This document shows positions 1 through 9,374 of a DNA stretch of 64,000 nucleotides, piece after piece. The notes beneath the pieces are model-generated. The model saw nothing but the letters and a program-made list of their open reading frames with translations, was not told the DNA's origin and ran no database searches. The stretch's first letter is position 1. Each line of letters starts with the position of its first letter. The stretch is from NCBI GenBank assembly GCA_049513715.1, contig JBEKVV010000001.1:416001-480000 (forward strand), written 5' to 3'. The position numbers and the translations under genes are program-made. Source of the DNA: Candidatus Bathyarchaeia archaeon (GTDB lineage Archaea > Thermoproteota > Bathyarchaeia > 40CM-2-53-6).

Positions 1-309
1 CATCTCCGCGCCATAATCAAACCGATGGAAATCGCGCTGACTGCCCTCCCAAAGGTTGTGCTGCGCGATTCAGCTGTCGACGCAGTTTGTCATGGAGCTG
101 AGTTAGCAGTTCCCGGCGTCGTCAAACTCGATTCCTCAATAGAGAAAAGCAAACCAGTTGCAATGTTCACCCTCAAAGGCGAAGCGGTCGCAATAGGAAA
201 GGCACTCATGACCACGAGGGAGATCTTGGATCAAGAGAAAGGCGCAGCGGTAAGGACCGAGCGAGTCCTGATGGAAAGGAGTACTTACCCCGCTTTGTGG
301 AAACACTGA
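1..309 (+). CDS. cbf5: H/ACA pseudouridine synthase Cbf5/TruB, C-terminal PUA domain (5'-truncated by window)
   Basis: Frame open from base 1. VVLRDSAVDAVCHGAELAVPGV...TLKGEAVAIG...RVLMERSTYPALWK is the characteristic Cbf5 PUA and C-terminus. Confidence 0.92.
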   Translation, partial: HLRAIIKPMEIALTALPKVVLRDSAVDAVCHGAELAVPGVVKLDSSIEKSKPVAMFTLKGEAVAIGKALMTTREILDQEKGAAVRTERVLMERSTYPALWKH

Positions 310-327
310 CACGACCTGCGAACAGGC

Positions 328-333
328 TTTAAG
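328..333 (+). promoter_or_regulatory. Probable TATA box of the tRNA-Ser gene
   Basis: TTTAAG about 30 nt upstream of tRNA position 1. Confidence 0.5.
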
Positions 334-361
334 TGCGGTTAGGAATTCTGGACAAATCGGT

Positions 362-479
362 GCCGGGGTTCCCTAGCCTGGTAAGGGGCAGATTCAATGA
401 AGCCCAAGCCTGGAATTAGGAAACCGTTAGCCTGTGGTCCTTTGGGGCCACGAGGGTTCAAATCCCTCTCCCGGCGCCA
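362..479 (+). tRNA. tRNA-Ser(GGA) with two introns (29/30 at 392-407; 37/38 at 416-428) and encoded CCA
   Basis: Acceptor GCCGGGG/TCCCGGC plus G-CCA; D-stem CCCT/AGGG; anticodon stem CAGGC/GCCTG and loop CT-GGA-AA after removing both inserts; long variable arm TGGTCC-TTTG-GGGCCA; T-arm GAGGG-TTCAAAT-CCCTC. Confidence 0.85.
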
Positions 480-702
480 TTCCCGAACTCTTATGTCGAA
501 ACAGTCTTGCAATGCCAAGAATCGGGCTCACAATCCAAACCAATCAAAGTCCGGCTGTCGTTAAGCATCCAGACTAGACGCTGATCAGAAGTGAAATGGA
601 GCCATTTCGAAACCTGAAAAGGCATCATTTCGCTCGCGAATAGGCACCATTTCAACCCACACGGGCCAGGTGCATCGTCTGTGGCCCGTTTTCCCTACTT
701 TT

Positions 703-3069
703 TCATGCCGTTTTTCTGACGAATCGGTCGTATGCTCGTAATCTTTCAAGGCCAGCTTTGATTCCCATTTCTGCTTCAGGCATCTTGTGCTCGTCAAAGA
801 AATCCTCAACCTCCTGAACTTTGCCGATTCCCAAGATGGGAATTAGGGATAGGAATACACCTGAGAGGGTTCCAGTACTTCGATAGAGCTCCTGAAGCTT
901 CACTATGTTGGACTGCAGCCAGGTCCAGGCTACGTCCTTAGCTTGGGGCTTCTCGGTGGCCGCATAAATCGCCGAGATAACGTCTTGCCTTTTGACCTCG
1001 CCACTCAAAGCAAAGTCTAGCGTTCTTTGTACCAGTCCGATGTTGGCAAAGGCTGTCATCGCGGTAAGAAACCTGACTTTGTCTTCGTCTGAGCTGCTTC
1101 CTCGGTACGCTGCCGCGAGTTTGTCGAAGTCGTTCGCCGATCTAGCGTAAGCCAAGGTTACGGCTTGTTTCATATCCGGCGGCACTTTCGCGTAGTTCTT
1201 GAATTCACCGCCCAACTTGGACGCGTAGCCTTCGTCGATTAATGCCAGTCTTCCGGCTGCTTTGCCTTGGAGTATCAAGCTGTTCTGGTCAGTTTTCTTC
1301 TCTAGTGATTCCAGCAGCGACCGATGGAACTCTTTTGAAATTTCGATGATCTTGGAAGGAATCATAGCATATAATGATGCCAGCTGGTCCGAAACTTCTC
1401 CGGCGGGGAGAGGCTCGTCTTCTTTACCGAACTTCTTGATCAGTGTGAGGTACTCTTTGAACGCCATTTTTCCAGAAAGGAGAAACAAGAATGCGTCGAA
1501 TGCTATCCCCCACCTGTCGAAGGGTGAGAGCTTGCTCTGCCAGAGAAACTCGTCGAGGCCAACATAGCGAACTGGGTAGAAACCGGTGCGGTCAGGGTTT
1601 ATTCTCAAAGACTTTAGGCCTCTTGTTTCAATGGTCTGCTCCGCCGTTTCCATGAGGATGGTCTTTCTTTCGCCGTTCACCTCGATTATGATTGGAATCG
1701 GCCACGGGTTGCCTTCGGAATCGCCGGACATGAGAAATCTTTCTTGTCGGAGGATCAGCTTTCCCTCACGCAATGAAGCGGTCACAGCGGGGTATCCGGG
1801 TTGCTGTATCCAACTTGACATTATTTTCTTCACTTGCTTGCCAGATGCATCTTCGAGCGCGGACCAGAGGTCATTTCCAGTGGCGTTGGAGTAGGCGTGC
1901 GCGGAGAGGTAGCGTCGGACGCCTTCTCGAAATGCTTCCTCTCCAATGTACGCCTCGATCATTTGGAGTACGTGAGCACCTTTGCCGTAGCTGATAGCGT
2001 CGAAGATTTGCTCGATCTCGTCCGGCGAGCTTACTTTGACCTCGATGGGGTGCGTGTTCTTCAGACAGTCCCTACCCAGGGCGCCGGCGAGGGTTTCAAC
2101 TCTTGGTTCTCCGTTGAAGAAGTTATTCCAAATTTCCCAGTTCGGGTGGATCGAGTGGACCGCTTTGTACGCCATCAATGTTGCAAAGCTCTCGTTCAGC
2201 CAGATGTCGTTCCACCACTTCATGGTGACCAGGTCTCCGAACCACTGGTGAGCTATCTCGTGAGCGATGGCGAGCGAGATTTGCATTCTAGTCTTCGTGC
2301 TAGTGTTGGAATCGACAAGTAATCGCACTTCGCGGAAAGTGATCGCCCCCCAGTTTTCCATCGCTCCCATCGCAAACTCGGGGACGGCGATCAGGTGGAG
2401 CTTTGGAAGCATGTACGGTAGGCTGTAGTACGAATTGAAGAACTGGATTGCTTTCTTGGCCTCATCTTGGGCGAATTTGCCCAGTCTGGCCTTCCCAGGA
2501 GTCGTTGCCAAAACAATTTCGGTTTGCCCGAGTTTTTCTGTTAGCGCTTCAAATTTGCCGACCCCAAGGTACAGGAGATAGGTCGACATTTGCGGAGTCT
2601 TCTGAAATGTAACCACCTTCCTTTCCCCGTCGGCGCGCACAGACTCGATGGGCATGTTCGAAATCGCTTCTAGATCCTTGTCTATTCTCACTGCCACTTT
2701 GAACTCGGCTTTGAGGTCGGGCCGGTCGATGCAAGGTAGCATTCGTCTTGCCTGAGCTGCCTCGAAATGCGTGGTCACAATGTGGGTGTGGTCGTAAGGC
2801 GCCTTGTATATCCCTGCTAAGGAATCGGGGATCGTTCCTGCATAATCCACTTCTAATGTGCCGTCAAACGGCCCTGTTTCGGTGATTAGTTCTTCCCCGT
2901 TCTGCCTGAACCGAAAATCACTCTTACCTGAATTCACACGAAGAATTTCCAGCCCAACAGAATTCAGAACCACATCTTGTTCTGTTTTCAGTTTGATTAG
3001 CAGTCTTCCTTTGAATTTCAACTCATCAAAATCTAGGTCGATAAACAAATCGTAGCTTATGACTTGCAC
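703..3069 (-). CDS. M1-family zinc aminopeptidase (tricorn-interacting factor F2/F3-like)
   Basis: GAMENWG exopeptidase motif, HEIAH(x18)E zinc motif, YGKG; 788 aa. Confidence 0.95.
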   Translation of the reverse strand: MQVISYDLFIDLDFDELKFKGRLLIKLKTEQDVVLNSVGLEILRVNSGKSDFRFRQNGEELITETGPFDGTLEVDYAGTIPDSLAGIYKAPYDHTHIVTTHFEAAQARRMLPCIDRPDLKAEFKVAVRIDKDLEAISNMPIESVRADGERKVVTFQKTPQMSTYLLYLGVGKFEALTEKLGQTEIVLATTPGKARLGKFAQDEAKKAIQFFNSYYSLPYMLPKLHLIAVPEFAMGAMENWGAITFREVRLLVDSNTSTKTRMQISLAIAHEIAHQWFGDLVTMKWWNDIWLNESFATLMAYKAVHSIHPNWEIWNNFFNGEPRVETLAGALGRDCLKNTHPIEVKVSSPDEIEQIFDAISYGKGAHVLQMIEAYIGEEAFREGVRRYLSAHAYSNATGNDLWSALEDASGKQVKKIMSSWIQQPGYPAVTASLREGKLILRQERFLMSGDSEGNPWPIPIIIEVNGERKTILMETAEQTIETRGLKSLRINPDRTGFYPVRYVGLDEFLWQSKLSPFDRWGIAFDAFLFLLSGKMAFKEYLTLIKKFGKEDEPLPAGEVSDQLASLYAMIPSKIIEISKEFHRSLLESLEKKTDQNSLILQGKAAGRLALIDEGYASKLGGEFKNYAKVPPDMKQAVTLAYARSANDFDKLAAAYRGSSSDEDKVRFLTAMTAFANIGLVQRTLDFALSGEVKRQDVISAIYAATEKPQAKDVAWTWLQSNIVKLQELYRSTGTLSGVFLSLIPILGIGKVQEVEDFFDEHKMPEAEMGIKAGLERLRAYDRFVRKTA

Positions 3070-3298
3070 AGTGTAACTCCCAGGCGCCAGTAAGAGCGCG
3101 CCAGACCTAGGTAATGTTTTCCGAATACGACTGAGCTCTGGCTGGGGCTTGTCTTTCGTCTTTTCATGTGTACGTCTGACAGCGCCTTATCGACTCATAT
3201 GAGTCTGTGCTGGTGCTATTGAAGTGCCGAGTAAGTTCGGCAAGCCTTTTAATACGGACCTGTCTTTTCGGCTACTTCGCATTCGGAGTAAAGCCCAC

Positions 3299-3796
3299 AT
3301 GTCAAGGGAGTTTAGGCAAATCCTTCGTGTCGCGGGAACGAGCATAGATGGCACGAAGAAGCTCATCTATGGTCTGGGGAAGATTCGAGGCGTGGGCCCC
3401 AGCTATGCCGCTGCAGTTGTCAGAGCGTCCGAGTTGAAACCGGAATTGAGAATGGGCGACCTCTCGGAGGGAGAGGTTCAAAAGTTAGAAGATGTGATGA
3501 AGGATCCCGCGAAATATGGTTTGCCGGCACGTTTGTTCAATAGAAAGAAGGGGATTGAGAGTGGCCGTGATGTTCACTTGATCGGTCCCGACTTGGCTTT
3601 GAGTCAGAAGTCCGATATCGATTTCATGACAGACATCAGAACGTGGAAGGGTATTCGGCATTCGCTTGGCTTGAAGGTTCGTGGGCAAAGAACGCGCACC
3701 ACAGGCCGGAAAGGACGCGCAGTGGGTGTCGCCAAGAAGGTCATCATGGAAGCGGCTAGGGCTGCTGCAGCCTCCGCGGAGAAGGAGAAGAAGTAG
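3299..3796 (+). CDS. rps13: 30S ribosomal protein S13
   Basis: WKGIRHSLGLKVRGQRTRTTGRKG. Start moved to ATG 3299 (MSREFRQILRVAGT). Confidence 0.97.
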   Translation: MSREFRQILRVAGTSIDGTKKLIYGLGKIRGVGPSYAAAVVRASELKPELRMGDLSEGEVQKLEDVMKDPAKYGLPARLFNRKKGIESGRDVHLIGPDLALSQKSDIDFMTDIRTWKGIRHSLGLKVRGQRTRTTGRKGRAVGVAKKVIMEAARAAAASAEKEKK

Positions 3797-3807
3797 AGGC
3801 CTGAGCG

Positions 3808-4359
3808 TTGGGCGATCCGAAGAAGCAAAGGAAAACCTACGAAACGCCGAGGCATCCATGGCGCCGAGACCAACTGGAGGTTGAACTCCATCTGCTCGGT
3901 GAGTATGGCTTGCGAAACAAACGGGAGCTATGGCGGTACAAAACAATGCTCTCAAAAGTCAGAGGCATTGCCAGGTCTCTGCTTGGAACCGGAGAAGAGG
4001 AGCGAAGTCGCATTGAACGGGAGTACTTGTCTAAGCTAGGCAGAATCGGTGTTCTTTCCGGATCCGCTTCAATCGACGAAGTTCTAGACTTGCAAATTCG
4101 AGACCTTCTTGAGCGCAGGCTTCAAACCATGGTATTCAGGCGGGGGCTCGCAAAGAGTCTACACCAAGCCCGTCAATTGGTTTCGCACGGCCACATCGAG
4201 GTTGCAGGACGTGTTATTTCGGTTCCAGGGTATATGGTGACTCGGGACGAAGAGGAGAAGTTGAAGTACTTCGAACACAGCCCAATCGCCAAGAGCGACC
4301 ATCCTGTAAGAAAGATTGCGGCCGCAACTGCCGCAGGGCAACAAGTCCAACAAACCTGA
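3808..4359 (+). CDS. rps4: 30S ribosomal protein S4
   Basis: MGDPKKQRKTYETPRHPW; YGLRNKRELW; LERRLQT...ARQLVSHGHI. Confidence 0.97.
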   Translation: MGDPKKQRKTYETPRHPWRRDQLEVELHLLGEYGLRNKRELWRYKTMLSKVRGIARSLLGTGEEERSRIEREYLSKLGRIGVLSGSASIDEVLDLQIRDLLERRLQTMVFRRGLAKSLHQARQLVSHGHIEVAGRVISVPGYMVTRDEEEKLKYFEHSPIAKSDHPVRKIAAATAAGQQVQQT

Positions 4360-4473
4360 ATCTAGGAATCCATCGCATCCGACCGTTGAAATGGTGTTAC
4401 TTTCTACACGAAATGGGATTTCTTTCTACACTAAGAGGGCTCACTTAACATAACCGCCGTGGCAGGCCCAAGC

Positions 4474-4887
4474 CTATCTTGGCCTACTGCGCATCACTAG
4501 GAAAAGGACTACTGCAAGGACTGTAAGCCCAGCTGCCACCGCAATCAGGGGTAACGAGTAACTGCCACTCGCAAGGATAATCGGAATTGGGCCAACCAAA
4601 ATTATCACCCCGCTACTTACGCCATTCATGTTCGTGAGCGAACCAAACGACATCAGCAGAATACCGACGAAGATTGATGCGAAAGCGATGAAGAAGAGCA
4701 ATGACACCCATGAAAACTGTAAAGGCATAGACTCGGTCTGCGGCGCCGGAGGCCTCGTCTTTCCGAGGCAGTTGGTACATGACCATTCAGGGCTGCTAAA
4801 GCAATTGCCGCATACAGCTCGTCCGCAACTTTGACAAACGTATGAGGCTGCTCTCTGGCCGCACATTGCGCAGGCTGGTGCAGACAA
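4474..4887 (-). CDS. DUF131-like membrane protein with N-terminal Cys-rich zinc finger
   Basis: Four CxxC pairs at the N-terminus, then a TM helix, GVIILVGPIPII and a second TM helix. Confidence 0.7.
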   Translation of the reverse strand: MSAPACAMCGQRAASYVCQSCGRAVCGNCFSSPEWSCTNCLGKTRPPAPQTESMPLQFSWVSLLFFIAFASIFVGILLMSFGSLTNMNGVSSGVIILVGPIPIILASGSYSLPLIAVAAGLTVLAVVLFLVMRSRPR

Positions 4888-4893
4888 GTTTCC

Positions 4894-5181
4894 TCACCGG
4901 TTCATTAGCAAGTTGGGGAGGAGAATAAAAGCGAGCATGAGCGCCATCAAAACGATTGCAAGAACCAACAAAGCCTTCGTCGACCCGCGGTCTGAGCCGA
5001 AAACTATCGGAATGGGGCCGATTAATAACACGCCGCCTCCACGTGTCTCACTCATACCATGTCGGCCTCTGATCGCCAAGATGAACACGGCCGCAATTGC
5101 GAGTATGACCCCAAAGATTACGAGTATGACCCCGATCTCCGCGAGAGAAATCTCGTTCAAGGTTTTTTCACCCAGTTCCAA
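4894..5181 (-). CDS. DUF131 / TIGR00304-family small membrane protein
   Basis: GGGVLLIGPIPIVFGSD signature between two TM helices. Confidence 0.8.
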   Translation of the reverse strand: MELGEKTLNEISLAEIGVILVIFGVILAIAAVFILAIRGRHGMSETRGGGVLLIGPIPIVFGSDRGSTKALLVLAIVLMALMLAFILLPNLLMNR

Positions 5182-5376
5182 TTTCAGTTCGCGGGTTTTA
5201 ACTCTTCGACGTGATTTTGTTCGGACAGACTCGTAATGGTTTATAAGGCTCGCAGAGCGTTCTTCGGAAAGCTCTTTGACGAGAAGTGAAAATGTCGTGA
5301 ACCACGGACCCGATCGAGATGTAATTCAGATTGGAGTATATTGGTCACGAAAGGCACTGTGAGGGGTCCGTAGGTT

Positions 5377-6204
5377 TTGGACGTTAGAATTATCGATGAG
5401 AAAGATAACGCCCTCCGGTTCCTGCTGCAAGGAACCAACCACACTTACGCCAATGCCTTAAGGCGTGCGATGATCGCTGAAGTTCCAGCCATGGCGATTG
5501 AAGACGTAATCATAATTGAGAACAACTCAGTCCTCTACGATGAGGTAATCGCACACCGACTAGGCCTCATACCTCTCAAAACAGATCTCGACGCGTATGT
5601 TCTCCCAGAAGAATGCGACTGCAAGAGCGAGCTGGGATGCAGCAAATGCAGGGCCTCCTTCACGCTCGAAGCGGAAGCAGTAGATGAGCCTGTCATGGTT
5701 TACTCGTCTGACCTTAAGGGTGAAAGCGGTGTGACCCCAGTCAGCGGCAATATCCCCATCGTTAAGCTGGGGCCCTCACAGAAGTTGCGCTTAGAAGTTT
5801 ATGCGAGACTCGGGAAAGGAATTGAACACGCGAAGTGGCAGCCGGTCTCGGCGTGTGCGTACAAGTACCTCCCGAAGGTCCTGTTAAACCCCGACAACCT
5901 TTCCAACCCTGATGACGTGATTCACGTCTGCCCGGCTAACGTTTACGCCCGCGACCCTGAAAGCAAAATCGTTGTTCGTGATGAGATGGCGTGCACACTG
6001 TGCATGGACTGCGTAAAGAAAGCAGTTCCATTGGATCCGAAGAAGGCGTCTCCAGTCAAGGTAACCGGGGACGACACTTCATTCGTCTTTTACGTGGAGT
6101 CAACTGGTGCCATGCCACCTCGGAGAATTGCGATCGAAGCAGCCAAATTAATCGACAAGAAAGCGATGTCGCTAAACGACCTAGTGAGAAAAGGCCTCGA
6201 ATAG
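5377..6204 (+). CDS. rpoD: RNA polymerase subunit D (Rpo3)
   Basis: ANALRRAMIAEVP, NNSVLYDEVIAHRLGLIPL, HAKWQPVS, Fe-S domain CP...CxxCxxC. Confidence 0.97.
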   Translation: MDVRIIDEKDNALRFLLQGTNHTYANALRRAMIAEVPAMAIEDVIIIENNSVLYDEVIAHRLGLIPLKTDLDAYVLPEECDCKSELGCSKCRASFTLEAEAVDEPVMVYSSDLKGESGVTPVSGNIPIVKLGPSQKLRLEVYARLGKGIEHAKWQPVSACAYKYLPKVLLNPDNLSNPDDVIHVCPANVYARDPESKIVVRDEMACTLCMDCVKKAVPLDPKKASPVKVTGDDTSFVFYVESTGAMPPRRIAIEAAKLIDKKAMSLNDLVRKGLE

Positions 6205-6216
6205 GAGAACTCGCAG

Positions 6217-6576
6217 ATGCTGAGAGTAAAAACTAACACCGAGCTTCTGGACACGATTCGTTTCCTGAAAGTGAAAGCACGCGAGAACAAGTCAAGGGTT
6301 TGGATAGTTGCCGCTGAATACTTGTCGAAGCCACGACGAGGTAGAACGACGCTGAACCTGAACCACATATCCCGCTCGTCCACTACTGATTCAGCCGTCC
6401 TCGTTCCGGGCAAGGTTCTAGGCGCCGGATTAATCAAGCACCCTGTAACTATTGGTGCCCTCGAGTTTTCCCAAGGAGCAAAGGTGAAAATTGAGCGGGC
6501 TGGGGGAAAATGCGTTTCAATCAAGGATTTCGTTTCAAAGTATCCGAAAGGATCTAAGGTTCTGATCTTGAGGTAG
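6217..6576 (+). CDS. rpl18e: 50S ribosomal protein L18e
   Basis: VLVPGKVLGAG, FSQGAKVKIERAGG; operon position. Confidence 0.93.
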   Translation: MLRVKTNTELLDTIRFLKVKARENKSRVWIVAAEYLSKPRRGRTTLNLNHISRSSTTDSAVLVPGKVLGAGLIKHPVTIGALEFSQGAKVKIERAGGKCVSIKDFVSKYPKGSKVLILR

Positions 6577-6581
6577 CACCA

Positions 6582-7028
6582 ATGTCCAAAGAGCCTATGT
6601 TTCTCGATGCCTCAAACCAAATTCTCGGCCGAATGGCAAGCTATGTAGCGAAGCGAGCCCTGAATGGGGAGACTGTTATCGTAGTTAATGCCGAGAAAGC
6701 AGTCATCTCAGGTAGACGGCACAGCATTGTAGATAGGGCGAAGTTGATGCTGGAGACAAGAACCCTGCAAAACCAGACAAGAGCCCCAGTGCACCAGCGT
6801 CGCCCCGACGTTTATGTGCGGCGAGTTATTCGCGGCATGTTACCTTGGAAGAAAGCCAAAGGTCGAGCTGCCTTCCACAGGGTACTGGTCTTTATTGGGG
6901 TTCCAGAAGAATACCAAAAGAAGATGCTTGCCAAGGTTCCAGGGGCAGACGCTTCAAGGCTCTCATCGCCCTACATGACTATAGCAGATTTAGCCACAGA
7001 GATTTGGAGGCCGAACCCAAGTGACTGA
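6582..7028 (+). CDS. rpl13: 50S ribosomal protein L13
   Basis: DASNQILGRMASYVAK, VNAEKAVISG, RRVIRGMLPWK. Confidence 0.95.
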   Translation: MSKEPMFLDASNQILGRMASYVAKRALNGETVIVVNAEKAVISGRRHSIVDRAKLMLETRTLQNQTRAPVHQRRPDVYVRRVIRGMLPWKKAKGRAAFHRVLVFIGVPEEYQKKMLAKVPGADASRLSSPYMTIADLATEIWRPNPSD

Positions 7029-7479
7029 GACAATGGAAAAACCGGCAGAGAAACCGGAGAAGCCTGAAAAGGCAGAAAAGAAGCGGATCGTGCTCGTAAC
7101 AGGAAAGAGGAAGACCGCCATTGCCCGCGCTATAGTCAAACAAGGCGCGGGTAAAGTGTTCGTGAACGGGATTCCACTCGCAACATTCAGCCCGGAAGTC
7201 GCGAGAATGAAGATTAGCGAGGCGCTGGTTCTTTCTGGCGAGCGGTGGAAGGCACTTGACTTCAATGTCAAAGTCAGCGGGGGAGGGTTCATGGGTCAGG
7301 CCGAAGCCGCCCGAATGGCCGTGGCGAAAGGCTTAGTCACGTGGACTCGAAGCTCAGAACTCAGAAAGACTATGACTAACTACGATAGAACAATGCTCGC
7401 CGGTGACCCTCGAAGAAAGGAACCAAAGAAATTTGGTGGACCGGGCGCTAGAAGACGCGAGCAGAAATCATACAGGTAG
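7021..7479 (+). CDS. rps9: 30S ribosomal protein S9
   Basis: GKRKTAIARA, GGGFMGQAEA, EPKKFGGPGARRREQKSYR. Confidence 0.97.
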   Translation: MTETMEKPAEKPEKPEKAEKKRIVLVTGKRKTAIARAIVKQGAGKVFVNGIPLATFSPEVARMKISEALVLSGERWKALDFNVKVSGGGFMGQAEAARMAVAKGLVTWTRSSELRKTMTNYDRTMLAGDPRRKEPKKFGGPGARRREQKSYR

Positions 7480-7491
7480 GACTGCGCGGCC

Positions 7492-7716
7492 TTGATAATT
7501 CCGATACGATGTTTCACATGCGGGAAGCTCGTCGCCGATCGCTGGGAGGAATTCGCGCGTCGAATCAAAGCGGGTGAGCGTCCGAAGAAAGTACTAGATG
7601 ATATTGGAATGACACGGTACTGCTGTCGTCGTATGTTCATATCACACGTCGACATTTTGGATGACCTGCTAAGATACTCGCAAGTTACCGCGAAGAAACG
7701 CGCACAATTCGAGTAA
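7492..7716 (+). CDS. rpoN: RNA polymerase subunit N (Rpo10)
   Basis: PIRCFTCGK...RYCCRRM. Confidence 0.97.
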   Translation: MIIPIRCFTCGKLVADRWEEFARRIKAGERPKKVLDDIGMTRYCCRRMFISHVDILDDLLRYSQVTAKKRAQFE

Positions 7717-7733
7717 GATGGAAGAGAACAAGA

Positions 7734-8399
7734 ATGTCTGAAGTTGAAGAAAAAGAGGGAATGCCAAAGTCAGAGGACTTACTCCTACCACTTGAGGAAC
7801 TACTGGCAGCAGGCCTCCACATAGGCACAAGAATCAAGACCGGAGACATGGAGCCATACATTTACCGCGTCCGACCGGACGGGCTCTTCATCCTCAACAT
7901 CGGCAAAACCGATGAGAAGATTCGGCTGGCGTCTCGTTTCATAGCACGCTTTGAACAGGAACGAGTTTTGATAGTGTCATCTAGACTTTACGGGAAGACT
8001 CCTGTAGAGAAATTCTGCGAGACAACGAAGACAATACCCATCATCGGCCGTTTCATGCCTGGACTCATTTCAAATCCCTTACAACCTAACCATGCCGATC
8101 CGCAAGTTATCATGGTAACCGATCCAAGGGCAGACTGGCAAGCAATCAAAGAATCATCAAGCGCAGGTGTGCCAGTAATCGCATTATGCGACACAGACAA
8201 CGTCTTTAGCGGCGTTGACTTGGCGATTCCAGTCAACAACAAAGGCAGACGAGCATTAGCCATGGTCTACTGGCTCCTCGCACGCCAAGTTCTCAGAGAA
8301 CGAGGAGAACTCGCGCAGGACGCCACAATTACCACAACAGTAGACGACTTCGAAACCAAACTCGCAGCTATCGCCCCCAGAGCGGGCGGTGAGCTTTGA
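7734..8399 (+). CDS. rps2: 30S ribosomal protein S2
   Basis: LAAGLHIGT, GRFMPG, VIALCDTDN, IPVNNKGRRALA. Confidence 0.96.
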   Translation: MSEVEEKEGMPKSEDLLLPLEELLAAGLHIGTRIKTGDMEPYIYRVRPDGLFILNIGKTDEKIRLASRFIARFEQERVLIVSSRLYGKTPVEKFCETTKTIPIIGRFMPGLISNPLQPNHADPQVIMVTDPRADWQAIKESSSAGVPVIALCDTDNVFSGVDLAIPVNNKGRRALAMVYWLLARQVLRERGELAQDATITTTVDDFETKLAAIAPRAGGEL

Positions 8400-9277
8400 A
8401 AACTAGAAAACCACATGTCGCTGGACAGTTCTACGCAGGAACCAAAACTGAACTCGAAGAACAAATAACCGAATGCTTCTCACATCGCTACGGACCAGGA
8501 GCAGTACCCAAGACAGTCAGTCACGGTTCTAGAAAGATCGTGGGAATTGTTTCACCCCACGCTGGGTATGGCTACTCTGGGCCGGTAGCCGCCAATGGCT
8601 ACAGTAGAGTAGCACAGGATGGTCTACCCGAAGTGTTCATCGTCTTGGGCCCCAATCACTATGGGCATGGTAGTGGAGTCTCCATTCAGACAGAGGGAGC
8701 CTGGGAGACACCGCTCGGCCTAACGCCAATCGATACACCATTGGCCAAGAACATTCAGAAAGCGAGCGAGATCATCGACATCGATGAATCAGCTCACTCT
8801 GCGGAGCACTCGATTGAGGTTCAAGTACCTTTCATCCAGTTCATCTCCACAGGAACGGCGAAGTTCATTCCCATATGCAGCTGGATGCAAGACCTCAAAA
8901 CCAGTCGAGAAATCGCGAATAGCATTGTTCAACAAGTTAAGGGAAGAGACTTCGTGATTGTTGCCTCGAGTGATTTCACACATCACGAGCGGGGCTACGG
9001 AGACAAAAACGAAGCAGAAATGCTCGCGAGCATAAACAAACGAGATCAGTCAGCAATAGAAGCCATAACTAACCTCGATGACGCCGCACTGAATGAGCTG
9101 GGTGAGACTCAGAAGGTAACGATGTGCGGCTACGGACCGATTACAACACTCATAGCTACAGCGAAACTTCTGGGTTCCACGAAAGCTGAATTTCTCGCCC
9201 ACAAAACTAGCTATGACATAACCGGCGATTCAGGCTACGTGGTTGGATACTCGTCCATCGTGTTCTTACGCGACTAA
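8396..9277 (+). CDS. amrB: MEMO1-family protein (AmmeMemoRadiSam protein B)
   Basis: RKPHVAGQFY, PHAGYGYSG, LGPNH, EHSIEVQVPF, ASSDFTH, MCGYGP. Confidence 0.92.
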   Translation: MKTRKPHVAGQFYAGTKTELEEQITECFSHRYGPGAVPKTVSHGSRKIVGIVSPHAGYGYSGPVAANGYSRVAQDGLPEVFIVLGPNHYGHGSGVSIQTEGAWETPLGLTPIDTPLAKNIQKASEIIDIDESAHSAEHSIEVQVPFIQFISTGTAKFIPICSWMQDLKTSREIANSIVQQVKGRDFVIVASSDFTHHERGYGDKNEAEMLASINKRDQSAIEAITNLDDAALNELGETQKVTMCGYGPITTLIATAKLLGSTKAEFLAHKTSYDITGDSGYVVGYSSIVFLRD

Positions 9278-9374
9278 TCAAAGAAATTTGGGTTGACTCG
9301 GCGAAGGCTTAGGTCTTAAATTCGATATAGATTTGGATACTGAAAACCTTCACTGGTTAGTCATAGGAGAAACT

